Source of the DNA: Acidobacteriota bacterium | GTDB taxonomy: Bacteria; Acidobacteriota; Vicinamibacteria; Vicinamibacterales; SCN-69-37 | Direction of reading: 5' to 3' | Assembly: GCA_009694745.1 (NCBI GenBank) | Contig: SHUF01000003.1 | Coordinates: 26,558 to 90,557, forward strand | DNA: 64,000 bases | Part shown: piece by piece, positions 38,899-49,493 of the stretch | Position numbering within the stretch: position 1 is the first letter of the stretch | How the letters are laid out: each line of letters starts with the position of its first letter | Program-made: the position numbers and the translations under genes | Notes under the pieces: model-generated | What the model saw: only the letters and a program-made list of their open reading frames with translations | What the model was told of the DNA's origin: nothing | Database searches by the model: none

Positions 38899-39222
38899 CT
38901 AGCGGATCGAACCGCGGATGCGGTCCTCTTTGGCGGAATACAAGGCGTACCCCGTGCCCGCAGCCATCACGGCGATCACCAGCATGCCGGTTTTCGTCTT
39001 GAAGAACGAGCGGTCGCTGGGCTGTTTTGGCGCGGTCGTGACAGCGTCAGCGGCCGTCTTTGTGGAAACCACCTTCGCAATCGACCGGGTCGAAAACGAG
39101 GGTGACGCGGGGGGGCCCTGTGATGCGGCCATCGCAGGGGAAACCGCCGTCGCAAGCAGGGCTGTCATCAGGCCCACACCCGCAAAACGGAGCACGTACT
39201 CGTGACGTCGTCGATTGTCCAT
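38899..39222 (-). CDS. Small secreted hypothetical protein upstream of the OMP gene
   Basis: ATG 39222 (MDNRRRHEYVLRFAGVGLMTALLATAVSPAMA, signal-like). C-terminal TM-like MLVIAVMAAGTGYALY. 10 nt from the OMP start. Confidence 0.5.
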   Translation of the reverse strand: MDNRRRHEYVLRFAGVGLMTALLATAVSPAMAASQGPPASPSFSTRSIAKVVSTKTAADAVTTAPKQPSDRSFFKTKTGMLVIAVMAAGTGYALYSAKEDRIRGSIR

Positions 39223-39320
39223 CGGCACTTGTCCTCTCTTATAGAACTTCGATGCCAGAAATATACCCCCCAGCCCCGCCAGACGCCATAGGAAATTTAC
39301 ATGTGCGCTACCATTCGGCC

Positions 39321-41711
39321 ATGCCAGCCCTGCCGCCGACACCCGCCCGGCGCCTCCCGTTCCTGCCGCTGTTCGTTGCCGGACTGGTCTTGGCGGCTGG
39401 CGCAACCGCCTGGTGGCTGTGGCCCCGGACCCAGGAAGCGGGGGGCGGCGTGGACCTGGGCTCGCTGGCCCGGGGGGTCTCCAGATCGGATCTGAACGTC
39501 GTCCTCCTGACCCTGGATACCTTGCGCGCCGACCATCTTGGCGCCTACGGGTCCACCGATGTCAGCACCCCAAATCTGGACCAGCTCGCCCGGGAGGGCG
39601 TGGTCTTCGAACAGGCCATGACCACCGCGCCTCTCACGCTACCGGCCCACAGCAGCATCTTCACCGGGCAGTTTCCTCCCCGGCACGGCGTTCGCGACAA
39701 CGGCGGGTTCTTCCTGGGACCTGAACAGGTAACAATGGCCGAAGTCCTCTCTTCGCAAGGGTTTAAGACAGGTGCAACGGTCGGCGCCTTTGTCCTGGAC
39801 AGCAAGTGGGGGCTCGACCAGGGCTTTGCCACCTACCAGGACGACTTCGACCTCACCAACGTCAAAGCCATGTCGCTCGCCAGCGTCAAACGGCCGGGGA
39901 ACGAGGTGGTGGACCTCGCCCTCAAGTGGATGGACGGCGTGGCCGACCAGCGGTTTTTTTCGTGGCTGCACCTCTACGACCCACACGCACCGTATGAGTC
40001 GCCCGAGCCGTTCCGCAGCCAGAACAAGGGCCACCCCTACCGCGGCGCGATCGCATTTACCGACGCCCAGGTCGGCCGGGTGCTGACCTACCTCAAGGAC
40101 CGCGGCCTGGCTGACCGCACCATCGTGATAGTGGTGGCGGACCACGGCGAGGGGTTGGGCGAACACGGGGAGGAAACGCACGGCTTTTTTGTCTACGAAA
40201 GCTCGATGCACGTGCCGCTCATCGTCCGCACACCGTTCAGCAAGGCGGGTGGCCGGCGAGTGGCGCAGCCGGTGCGCACGGTGGACATCCTGCCGACCGT
40301 GCTGGACCTGTTGCAGATCCCCTCGACGGAATCGATGGCGGGCGTCAGCCTCGCCGCGCTGCTGGCCGGGCAGCCGGACGCGATGCCCGACACGGGGCGC
40401 GAGGGGTATGCCGAGGCGATGTATCCGCTGCACCACTACGGATGGAGCGAACTCACCGCCATGCGGTCCGATCGCTACAAGCTGATCGACGCGCCGCGAT
40501 CGGAACTCTACGACCTGGAGCGGGACCCGAAGGAACTGACCAACATCTTCGAGGAACGTCGGTCGGTGGGTGACGCGATGTTGCGCAACCTTCGCGATCA
40601 AAAGCGGGCCATGGCCGACAACGCGCCTGCGCAACCGAAAAATGAAGATGTCGATCCTGAAACGCGCGCGAGGCTCGCGGCATTGGGTTACGTCGGCTCA
40701 TTTGTCGCCACTGCTGAAGGGCCGGCCAGCGACCGCGCCGACCCCAAGGACAAGATTGGCCTCTTCAACCTCATGACGACCGCGCGCGACGTGGCCAAGG
40801 GCCAGGATGCCGGCGCGGAAGCCATCGCCATGTTGCGGCGTGTGGTGCAGGAAGACCCGGCTGTCATCGACGCGTGGTTTATGCTCGGCAACGAATACTT
40901 CAAGACTGGGAAGTTTCCAGAAGCCATTCAGCATTTCACGCGCTCGCTCAAACTCAAGCCTGACTACGACCTGGCCATCATCAACATGGCCAACGCCTAT
41001 CGGCGCATGGGCAAGGATGACGCCGCGCTCGCCGGCTACGAACGCTACATCACGGTGGATCCGAAAAACGCGTTTGTCCGATACCAGATCGGCGAGATCT
41101 ATCTGGACCGGGGCGACCGCGCGCGCGCGGAGACGGAATTTGCGCAGGCGCTCGCGATTGACCCAAAGCTGGCCTCGGCGCAGGTCGCGACCGCGGTCAT
41201 TGCGTTTGAGCGCGGCCAGCTGCCGCAGGCCGAACAGCGGCTGAAGGAAGCGCTCACGCTCAAGTCCGATGTGCGGCTCGCGCACTTCAACCTCGCCCTC
41301 ATCGCTGAGGCGCGCGGCGACGATGCGGGAGCGGAGGCGGCGTATCGCACAGAGCTGGAGAAACATCCCACGGCCTACAAGGCGGCCTTTAACCTCGGGC
41401 GACTCAAGGCGCGTCTTGGACGCGGGCCGGAAGCGATCGAGTTCTACAAGAAGGCGGCGGAGGTCAATCCGGATTTTGCGGAAGGGTTCTTCTACCTCGC
41501 AAAAGCGCGGCTGGATGAAGGCCGTCTGCTTGACGAGGCCGAGTCGTATGCGCGCAAGGGGCTGTCGATCGAGCCCGAAGGACAGACGTCACCGCTCGGG
41601 CACTTTGTGCTGGGCAGCGTGATGATGCGACGCGGACAAGCCGCCGAAGCCGATCGGGAACTGGCGAAAGGCCTAGCGCTTGAGGCCAAACTCGCCAAGC
41701 GCAGACGATGA
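39321..41711 (+). CDS. Sulfatase-like hydrolase/transferase fused to C-terminal TPR repeats
   Basis: ATG 39321 (membrane anchor LPFLPLFVAGLVLAAGATAWWLW). LTLDTLRADHLGAYG, APLTLPAHSSIFTG, VVADHGEGLGEHGE. Several TPR units (AWFMLGNEYFKTGKFPEAIQHF...). Confidence 0.85.
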   Translation: MPALPPTPARRLPFLPLFVAGLVLAAGATAWWLWPRTQEAGGGVDLGSLARGVSRSDLNVVLLTLDTLRADHLGAYGSTDVSTPNLDQLAREGVVFEQAMTTAPLTLPAHSSIFTGQFPPRHGVRDNGGFFLGPEQVTMAEVLSSQGFKTGATVGAFVLDSKWGLDQGFATYQDDFDLTNVKAMSLASVKRPGNEVVDLALKWMDGVADQRFFSWLHLYDPHAPYESPEPFRSQNKGHPYRGAIAFTDAQVGRVLTYLKDRGLADRTIVIVVADHGEGLGEHGEETHGFFVYESSMHVPLIVRTPFSKAGGRRVAQPVRTVDILPTVLDLLQIPSTESMAGVSLAALLAGQPDAMPDTGREGYAEAMYPLHHYGWSELTAMRSDRYKLIDAPRSELYDLERDPKELTNIFEERRSVGDAMLRNLRDQKRAMADNAPAQPKNEDVDPETRARLAALGYVGSFVATAEGPASDRADPKDKIGLFNLMTTARDVAKGQDAGAEAIAMLRRVVQEDPAVIDAWFMLGNEYFKTGKFPEAIQHFTRSLKLKPDYDLAIINMANAYRRMGKDDAALAGYERYITVDPKNAFVRYQIGEIYLDRGDRARAETEFAQALAIDPKLASAQVATAVIAFERGQLPQAEQRLKEALTLKSDVRLAHFNLALIAEARGDDAGAEAAYRTELEKHPTAYKAAFNLGRLKARLGRGPEAIEFYKKAAEVNPDFAEGFFYLAKARLDEGRLLDEAESYARKGLSIEPEGQTSPLGHFVLGSVMMRRGQAAEADRELAKGLALEAKLAKRRR

Positions 41712-41717
41712 GCCGAG

Positions 41718-41776
41718 AAAAAGACGTCGGGTGTCTTTTTGGCGGCAGCAGGCAAAAAGACACCCGACGTCTTTTT
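41718..41776. terminator. Bidirectional terminator: perfect 23-bp inverted repeat with A/T runs on both sides
   Basis: AAAAAGACGTCGGGTGTCTTTTT-N13-AAAAAGACACCCGACGTCTTTTT, between convergent genes. Confidence 0.8.
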
Positions 41777-41791
41777 CTCCTATCGCGACAG

Positions 41792-42121
41792 CTAGAGTTC
41801 GGGCACGTGCTGAGTCAACGCGGCCGCGATTGAGCGTGCCGTGACTCTGAAGTGCGAGGCGTGCCAGAGGACGCGGCCGCCGCTGACGAGCAGCACCTGT
41901 GGTGATTCGTGCCTGATGCCGAGCCGATCGGTTATGGCGCGCGACACGTCGCGAGCCCCCTGAATCCTCACCATGAACAGGTCCACCGGAGGTGTGGAGT
42001 CGGCCAGCAGGTCGTCCACTTCTTCGTGCGCCATCGCACTCGTGCCGCACGTGGCGCTGTGCTTGAAGATCAGGATCGGCCGAAATACCGACCCGGCCAG
42101 CGCGGCGTCCAGGTCAGCCAT
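41792..42121 (-). CDS. ytxJ: Bacillithiol-system redox protein YtxJ (monothiol thioredoxin-like)
   Basis: PILIFKHSATCGTS...GIRHESPQVLLVSGGRVLWHASHFRVTA closely parallels B. subtilis YtxJ (FLKHSTTCPIS...GVKHESPQAFLIKNGKVVWHTSHWKIT). ATG 42121 chosen. Confidence 0.85.
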   Translation of the reverse strand: MADLDAALAGSVFRPILIFKHSATCGTSAMAHEEVDDLLADSTPPVDLFMVRIQGARDVSRAITDRLGIRHESPQVLLVSGGRVLWHASHFRVTARSIAAALTQHVPEL

Positions 42122-42171
42122 CGTTGCCAGTTCCGCCAGTGGATGATGCACATCCCATTGTAAGCCGCCCC

Positions 42172-42219
42172 ACTTCCTCACTTCCCAAGTTCCCCAGTTC
42201 CTAACTTCCTAAGTAGACT
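42172..42219 (+). repeat. Degenerate 8-bp-period tandem array (6 units) ending in a TAGACT box
   Basis: ACTTCCTC ACTTCCCA AGTTCCCC AGTTCCTA ACTTCCTA AGTAGACT. TAGACT (42214..42219) lies 10 nt before the prfC ATG. Confidence 0.85.
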
Positions 42220-42229
42220 TGAGTGGTTC

Positions 42230-43831
42230 ATGTCCACTGCTCAGCCGCTCGCAGAAGAACTGTCCGTTCAGGTCGCGCGGCGCCGAACGTTTGCCATCAT
42301 TTCCCACCCGGATGCGGGCAAGAGCACGCTGACCGAGAAGATCCTGCTGTATTCGGGCGCGATCGAGCTTGCCGGCGCCGTCCGAGGGCGCAAGAGCCGC
42401 CGCCATGTGGTGTCGGACTGGATGGAGATGGAACAGCAGCGAGGCATCTCGCTCACGTCCACGGCCCTTGAGTTTGACCTGCACGGGCACCGCATCTCGC
42501 TGCTCGACACGCCGGGCCACCAGGACTTCAGCGAAGACACGTATCGGGCACTGTTCGCGGCTGACTCGGTCGTCATGGTCATTGATGCAGCGAAGGGTAT
42601 TGAAGCGCAGACCCGCAAACTCTTCGAGGTGTGCAAACGCCACCAGTTGCCGATTCTCACGTTCGTGAACAAGCTCGATCAACCGGGCCGCGAACCACTG
42701 GAGCTGCTCGACGAGATCGAGACGGTACTGGGCATCAGCGCCGCACCGCTGAACTGGCCTGTGGGAGTCGGCGCAGACTTTCACGGCGTGTTCGACATGC
42801 GCATCGCGAAAGTGCTGCTGTATGAACGGGTGGGCAAAGGCGAGCGGCCCGCTCCGGCGGAAGTGGCCGATCATCACGACCCGCATTTTGCTGAACTGGC
42901 CGGCGAGCGAGTTGCCCGGGAATTCCAGGAGTCCGTAGACATCGTGATGTCGGCCGGGTCCACCTTCGACCAGGCGGAATACCTCGCCGGTCGTCAGACG
43001 GGTGTGTTCTTCGGATCGGCGCTCACGAACTTCGGCCTCGAGCCCTTTCTGGAGGCACTCACGGCCATTGCGCCCGCCCCTCGCGCGCGCCAGTCGGATG
43101 TCGGCCTGATCGATCCTGACGCCGAGGACTTCAGCGGATTCGTGTTCAAGATCCAGGCGAACATGGACCGTCGGCACCGCGACCGCGTGGCGTTCGTGCG
43201 CGTCTGTTCGGGCCGCCTCATGAAAGACATGCTGCTGGTGAACGGCCGCCTGGGCGAAACGGTGCGCGCGGCGCGAACCTACAAGATGTTCGGCCGCGAT
43301 CGGCAGACGTCCACCGAAGCTGTGGCCGGCGACATCGTCGGCCTCGTGAACCCGGGCCGGTTCGCCATTGGCGACTCGCTGTACGAAGGCCGCCCGGTGA
43401 AGTTCACCGCCATTCCCCGCTTCCCGGCCGAACACTTCGCGCGCCTGCGACTCAACGACTCTCGTCACAAGCAGTTTGACGACGGCATCCGGCAGCTCGA
43501 GGAAGAAGGCTCCGTGCAGGTGCTCTTTCCAAAGAGCGGCGGCCGCGATCCCGTGGTGGGAGTTGTGGGCAGCCTGCAGTTTGAGGTGATCGCCTCGCGC
43601 CTCACCAACGAGTACAACGTGGACAGCCGCGTTGAAGCGCTGGGCGTCCACTGCGCGCGCTGGATCTACGGCGACGCGGCGCTCATTGCCGACATCAAAG
43701 GGATTGACCACAGCGTGATGCAGGCCGCCGATCGGCAGGGGCGCCCCGTCCTGCTCTTCCCGTCTGCGTGGGCACTGCAATACGCCGAGCGTCAGAACCC
43801 CGGCGTCCAGTTCGCGGAAGTTCCGGTGTAG
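42230..43831 (+). CDS. prfC: Peptide chain release factor 3
   Basis: [52 protein letters not shown]. 533 aa. ORF 42209..43837 (minus) is its shadow. Confidence 0.95.
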   Translation: MSTAQPLAEELSVQVARRRTFAIISHPDAGKSTLTEKILLYSGAIELAGAVRGRKSRRHVVSDWMEMEQQRGISLTSTALEFDLHGHRISLLDTPGHQDFSEDTYRALFAADSVVMVIDAAKGIEAQTRKLFEVCKRHQLPILTFVNKLDQPGREPLELLDEIETVLGISAAPLNWPVGVGADFHGVFDMRIAKVLLYERVGKGERPAPAEVADHHDPHFAELAGERVAREFQESVDIVMSAGSTFDQAEYLAGRQTGVFFGSALTNFGLEPFLEALTAIAPAPRARQSDVGLIDPDAEDFSGFVFKIQANMDRRHRDRVAFVRVCSGRLMKDMLLVNGRLGETVRAARTYKMFGRDRQTSTEAVAGDIVGLVNPGRFAIGDSLYEGRPVKFTAIPRFPAEHFARLRLNDSRHKQFDDGIRQLEEEGSVQVLFPKSGGRDPVVGVVGSLQFEVIASRLTNEYNVDSRVEALGVHCARWIYGDAALIADIKGIDHSVMQAADRQGRPVLLFPSAWALQYAERQNPGVQFAEVPV

Positions 43832-43836
43832 AACCA

Positions 43837-44877
43837 ATGGCCAACCGGCGACTGTCTTTTCTCGATCAGTACCTCACACTGTGGATCTTCCTCGCCATGG
43901 GGCTGGGAGTACTGCTGGGCTACGCGGTGCCCGCGTTTAATCAGGCGCTCAACGCCTGGAACGTCGGCACCACGTCTGTGCCGCTGGCGGTGGGCCTCAT
44001 CCTGATGATGTATCCGCCGCTGGCGAAGGTGAGATACGAAGAACTGCACCTGGTCTTCCGCAATAAGCGCGTGCTCGGGTTGTCGCTGCTGCAAAACTGG
44101 GTGGTTGGCCCGTTCCTCATGTTTGGCCTCGCAGTGTTGTTCCTGTCCGACAAGCCCGAGTACATGATCGGGCTGATTCTGATTGGCCTCGCACGCTGCA
44201 TCGCCATGGTGATCGTCTGGAACGACCTTGCCAAGGGCGACCCTGAGTACTGCGCGGGCCTGGTGGCCTTCAACTCGATCTTTCAGGTGCTGTTTTTCAG
44301 CGTCTACACCTGGTTCTTCATCACGGTGCTGCCCGCCGCGCTCGGCCTGCAAGGCGCGGTGGTGGAGATCACCATTCTCGAGATCGCTCAGAGCGTGGGC
44401 CTCTACCTCGGCGTGCCCTTTGCCGCCGGCTTCCTGACGCGACTGGTACTCGGCCGGATCAAAAGCCTGGACTGGTATCACCGCGTGTTTGTCCCGAAGA
44501 TCAGCCCCATCACCCTCATCGCCCTGCTCTTCACCATCATCGTCATGTTCAGCCTGAAGGGCGACACCATCGTCATGCTTCCGCTGGACGCATTGCGAAT
44601 TGCGGTGCCGCTACTGATCTACTTCGTCGCCATGTTCGCGGTGAGTTTTTTCCTCAGCTACAAGGCCAAAGCCTCGTACCCGCACAGCGCGTCGCTGTCT
44701 TTTACGGCGGCGTCAAATAACTTCGAATTGGCGATTGCCGTGGCGGTCGCCACATTCGGAATCACCCACGGCGCCGCGTTCGCGGCCGTCATCGGACCGT
44801 TGGTGGAAGTGCCGGCCTTGATCGGCCTCGTCAGTGTGTCGCTCTGGATACGACAACGGTGGTACACCAATGCCTGA
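43837..44877 (+). CDS. acr3: Arsenite efflux transporter, ACR3 family
   Basis: [28 protein letters not shown]...[17 protein letters not shown]...[10 protein letters not shown]. Starts 5 nt after the prfC stop. Confidence 0.9.
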   Translation: MANRRLSFLDQYLTLWIFLAMGLGVLLGYAVPAFNQALNAWNVGTTSVPLAVGLILMMYPPLAKVRYEELHLVFRNKRVLGLSLLQNWVVGPFLMFGLAVLFLSDKPEYMIGLILIGLARCIAMVIVWNDLAKGDPEYCAGLVAFNSIFQVLFFSVYTWFFITVLPAALGLQGAVVEITILEIAQSVGLYLGVPFAAGFLTRLVLGRIKSLDWYHRVFVPKISPITLIALLFTIIVMFSLKGDTIVMLPLDALRIAVPLLIYFVAMFAVSFFLSYKAKASYPHSASLSFTAASNNFELAIAVAVATFGITHGAAFAAVIGPLVEVPALIGLVSVSLWIRQRWYTNA

Positions 44878-45286
44878 CACCCGTCCGAAGACCGTCATCT
44901 TCGCCTGCGTGCACAGCGCTGGTCGATCACAAATGGCAGCGGCCTTCTTCAACGCGCTGGCTGATCCTGACAAGGCGCGCGCAGTCTCGGCGGGCACACA
45001 GCCGGGCCCGCGCGTGCACGACGTGGTGGTCGAGGCGATGGACGAAGCCGGCATCAACCTGCGATCGGCCGTGCCACGGCTGTTGACGACGGAACTGGCC
45101 CAGGATGCCGCGTGGCTTGTGACGATGGGCTGCGGCGATGAGTGCCCAGTGGTCCCCGGAGTCAAGCGAGACGACTGGCCTCTTGAAGATCCGAAGGGCA
45201 GGCCAATCGAACACGTCCGCCTGATTCGCGACGACGTTCGGCGACGGGTTGAGGCGTTCCTCGCCGACATCGGATTCGGGTTCTAG
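44870..45286 (+). CDS. arsC: Arsenate reductase, LMW-PTPase type
   Basis: [19 protein letters not shown] (CX5R P-loop). TMGCGDECP. 8-nt overlap with acr3. Confidence 0.85.
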   Translation: MPDTRPKTVIFACVHSAGRSQMAAAFFNALADPDKARAVSAGTQPGPRVHDVVVEAMDEAGINLRSAVPRLLTTELAQDAAWLVTMGCGDECPVVPGVKRDDWPLEDPKGRPIEHVRLIRDDVRRRVEAFLADIGFGF

Positions 45287-45323
45287 AGCGTTTCTGACCT
45301 CGACTGGCCGATGCGGATGTGGT

Positions 45324-45329
45324 GATACT
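45324..45329 (+). promoter_or_regulatory. -10-like box GATACT, 6 nt upstream of the antitoxin ATG (leaderless geometry)
   Basis: gtgGATACTtttagtATGaag. Confidence 0.35.
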
Positions 45330-45335
45330 TTTAGT

Positions 45336-45575
45336 ATGAAGACGGCCATTTCGCTGCCGGACAGCGTTTTTCGCGACGCCGAACGTCATGCCAAGCGAAC
45401 GCGCAAGTCGCGAAGCCAACTCTACGCGGAGGCCCTGTCTGAGTACTTGGCTCGACACGCCCCCGACGAAGTCACCCAGAACATGAACACGGTGATCGCG
45501 CAACTTGATGGCAGCGGCCGCGACCGCTTCGTGTCGGGAGCGGCACAGCGGATTCTGGCGAGCACCGAGTGGTAG
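45336..45575 (+). CDS. Ribbon-helix-helix (CopG/MazE-like) antitoxin
   Basis: MKTAISLPDSVFRDAERHAKRTRKSRSQLYAEALSEYL. 79 aa. The stop overlaps the toxin start. Confidence 0.75.
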   Translation: MKTAISLPDSVFRDAERHAKRTRKSRSQLYAEALSEYLARHAPDEVTQNMNTVIAQLDGSGRDRFVSGAAQRILASTEW

Positions 45576-45908
45576 AGGTCACGCAAGGTGACCTCTGGTG
45601 GGCGGAAGCCCACTGGGTCTGGGCCCTGCTTCCGGCGGCCGGTCGTGGTCATCCAGGGGAACTCCCTGAATCGCAGTCGCATCGCTATGGTTGTCTGCGT
45701 TCCGCTCACCAGCAATCTGGTGTGAGCCGACGCCCCCGGCAATGTACCCCTCGTCGGAAAGGCGACAGGCTTGCCCAAGGACTCGGTCGCGAATGTGTCG
45801 CAGCTCATCACACTCGATCGCTCTCTACTCACCGAGCGTGTGGGCCGGCTGGGACCGAAGGTGATCGCACAAGTTCTTCATGGCGTCGATATCGTGCTGG
45901 GGCGATGA
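45569..45908 (+). pseudogene. MazF/PemK-family toxin, inactivated by a frameshift and an in-frame TGA
   Basis: GTG 45569 gives VEVTQGDLWWAEA. The family sequence then continues in another frame from about 45609: PTGSGPCFRRPVVVIQGNSLNRSRIAMVVCVPLTSNLV-TGA(45723..45725)-ADAPGNVPLVGKATGLPKDSVANVSQLITLDRSLL...VLGR, with the stop at 45906. Confidence 0.75.
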
Positions 45909-46016
45909 ACCGGCTACGTCGGCTTGCAGCCGACGCCGGCGGGTTCAAGCACTGACCAGTTCAGGCTCGGGAACACTCAGAAATTCCCGCATTCGATCAT
46001 TGCAGACATTTCGCCA

Positions 46017-46487
46017 TTACTGGCTCTGAAGCGCCGCGAGCACCTCGTCGGCGTGCCCCTCGACTTTGACTTTGTCCCAGCGCCTTGCGACTTTGCCGGC
46101 GCCATCAATCAGGTACGTAGTGCGCACGATGCCCATGTACTTGCGGCCGTAGCGCATTTTTTCCTGCCACACGCCGTAGGCCTCTGCCGCAGCGTGATCC
46201 GCGTCGGCCAGCAGCGGGAAGGTCAGGCCATGCTTCTTCGCGAACTTGGCCTTGCTCTTTTCGTCGAGGATGCTCATGCCAAGCACGACGGCGTCCCCGA
46301 GTTTCGCCAACTGGGGTAGACGCGCTTGGAAGTCGCAGGACTCGGTCGTGCAACCCGGTGTGTCGTCCTTTGGATAGAAGTAGAGAACGACCGGGCGACC
46401 AGCGTGCTGCGACAGCTTGTGCGTCACTCCTGCCTGGTCTTTCAGTGTAAAGGCAGGTGCTTTCTTACCGGGTTCTATCAGGGCCAT
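46017..46487 (-). CDS. bcp: Thiol peroxidase Bcp (peroxiredoxin)
   Basis: GKKAPAFTLKDQ...VVLYFYPKDDTPGCTTE... ATG 46487 is preferred over GTG 46493 because of the TAGAAT box position. Confidence 0.9.
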   Translation of the reverse strand: MALIEPGKKAPAFTLKDQAGVTHKLSQHAGRPVVLYFYPKDDTPGCTTESCDFQARLPQLAKLGDAVVLGMSILDEKSKAKFAKKHGLTFPLLADADHAAAEAYGVWQEKMRYGRKYMGIVRTTYLIDGAGKVARRWDKVKVEGHADEVLAALQSQ

Positions 46488-46493
46488 TGGCAC

Positions 46494-46499
46494 ATTCTA
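46494..46499 (-). promoter_or_regulatory. -10-like box TAGAAT, 6 nt upstream of bcp ATG (leaderless geometry)
   Basis: Minus strand reads ggGTAGAATgtgccaATGgcc. Confidence 0.4.
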
Positions 46500-46565
46500 C
46501 CCAACACCCGCATGAACGCGGGTCGCCGGGTCTGGAACGAACCTTGATTACGTACCTGGAAGATC

Positions 46566-47456
46566 ATGCGAAGTTACCTGGTTGCGTTCGGACAGCGGGT
46601 GCGGATCACGCATCACCGGCTAGGCCGTTGGGCGTGGCCGGTCTGGGTCTCCTCTAGTGCCGTCGCAGTGGTGCTCTTTAACCTGTTGCTCGTGGTTCCC
46701 GGGCCAGGCGGCATTCGTTCGGCCGCGAACATGCCCGTCTCGACGCTGGTCTACGACATGCGGGACCGGCCGGTGTTCAACATCTTCCGGGAGCACCGCA
46801 CCCTTGTCGGCCTCAACCAGATTTCCCCGCACATGCTCCGTGCCGTGCTGGCCGTTGAGGACGAGCGCTTCTACCGGCACCAGGGCATCGATCTCTGGCG
46901 AATGGGCGGAGCGGCAGTCGCCAATTTCAAGCAAGGGGCGATCGTGCACGGCGGCTCCACGATCACACAACAGCTGGCGCGCAAGACGTTCCTGAACGAC
47001 AACAAGACGTTCTGGCGAAAGGCCCGCGAGATTGTGCTGGCCGTGCGACTGGAGTGGGCGTTCTCGAAGGATGAGATCCTCGAGATGTACCTCAACCGGA
47101 TCTACTTCGGCCGCGGCTGCTACGGCATCGAGGCCGCCGCGCAGGGCTACTTCGGGAAAGCGGCGCTGGCGCTCACCGTGGATGAAGCGGCACTCCTGGC
47201 CGGCCTGATTCAGGCGCCGTCGGCATACGCGCCGCCGTCGAACCTTGACCGCGCGATCGCGCGGCGAACCGTGGTGCTGCGCCGCATGCAGGCGGTCGGC
47301 GCAATGACGGAAGCCGAAGCCGCGAGTGCCATCAAGGCCAAGGTGCAGCTGCGCCGCGAACCCGCGCAACCGCGCTTCGGCGAATATTTCCGCAATCGCG
47401 TGGCCCAGGAACTGGTGGACGGCGCAGGCCCTGAAATTACTTGGACCGAGCCGTGA
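46566..47456 (+). CDS. GT51 peptidoglycan glycosyltransferase domain protein (probably a truncated class-A PBP)
   Basis: N-terminal TM. AVEDERFYRHQGID, GGSTITQQLAR, RKAREIVLAVRLE, LEMYLNRIYFG. It ends in the linker (YFRNRVAQEL) where PBP1A proteins continue into the transpeptidase domain. Confidence 0.75.
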   Translation: MRSYLVAFGQRVRITHHRLGRWAWPVWVSSSAVAVVLFNLLLVVPGPGGIRSAANMPVSTLVYDMRDRPVFNIFREHRTLVGLNQISPHMLRAVLAVEDERFYRHQGIDLWRMGGAAVANFKQGAIVHGGSTITQQLARKTFLNDNKTFWRKAREIVLAVRLEWAFSKDEILEMYLNRIYFGRGCYGIEAAAQGYFGKAALALTVDEAALLAGLIQAPSAYAPPSNLDRAIARRTVVLRRMQAVGAMTEAEAASAIKAKVQLRREPAQPRFGEYFRNRVAQELVDGAGPEITWTEP

Positions 47457-47630
47457 GGTCATGGGCGCCCGGCTTGCGCTCGCGCTGCTCCTCAAGCAGA
47501 ACGGCGACACGGTCGGCGCCGGCCAACTCTTCGACACACTCGCAAAACAGTGGGCCAACGCCGACGCGGACTTCAAGCCGCTCAAGACGCTTCAGAAGAA
47601 TCGATAAGGCCGCGCGACGTACGGCAGCCG

Positions 47631-49436
<1,806 letters not shown>

Positions 49437-49443
49437 GCGGCAG

Positions 49444-49449
49444 ATTCTA
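49444..49449 (-). promoter_or_regulatory. -10-like box TAGAAT, 7 nt upstream of cstA ATG (leaderless geometry)
   Basis: Minus strand reads gaggtTAGAATctgccgcATGcac. Confidence 0.4.
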
Positions 49450-49493
49450 ACCTCAATTGCGCCGGGCCTCGACAGAACCTGTGCCTTCGGGCG

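Noticed and set aside
42209-43837. 542-aa minus-strand ORF opposite prfC. Similar long shadows: 61618..62976 (minus), 20155..21957 (plus), 39639..40634 (minus), 11572..12537 (minus), 48615..49493 (plus extension of hppA), 49437..49856 (minus extension of cstA)
   Set aside because: Each lies antisense to, or is a 5' over-extension of, a gene with unmistakable family motifs. The compositions are low-complexity and Arg-rich.
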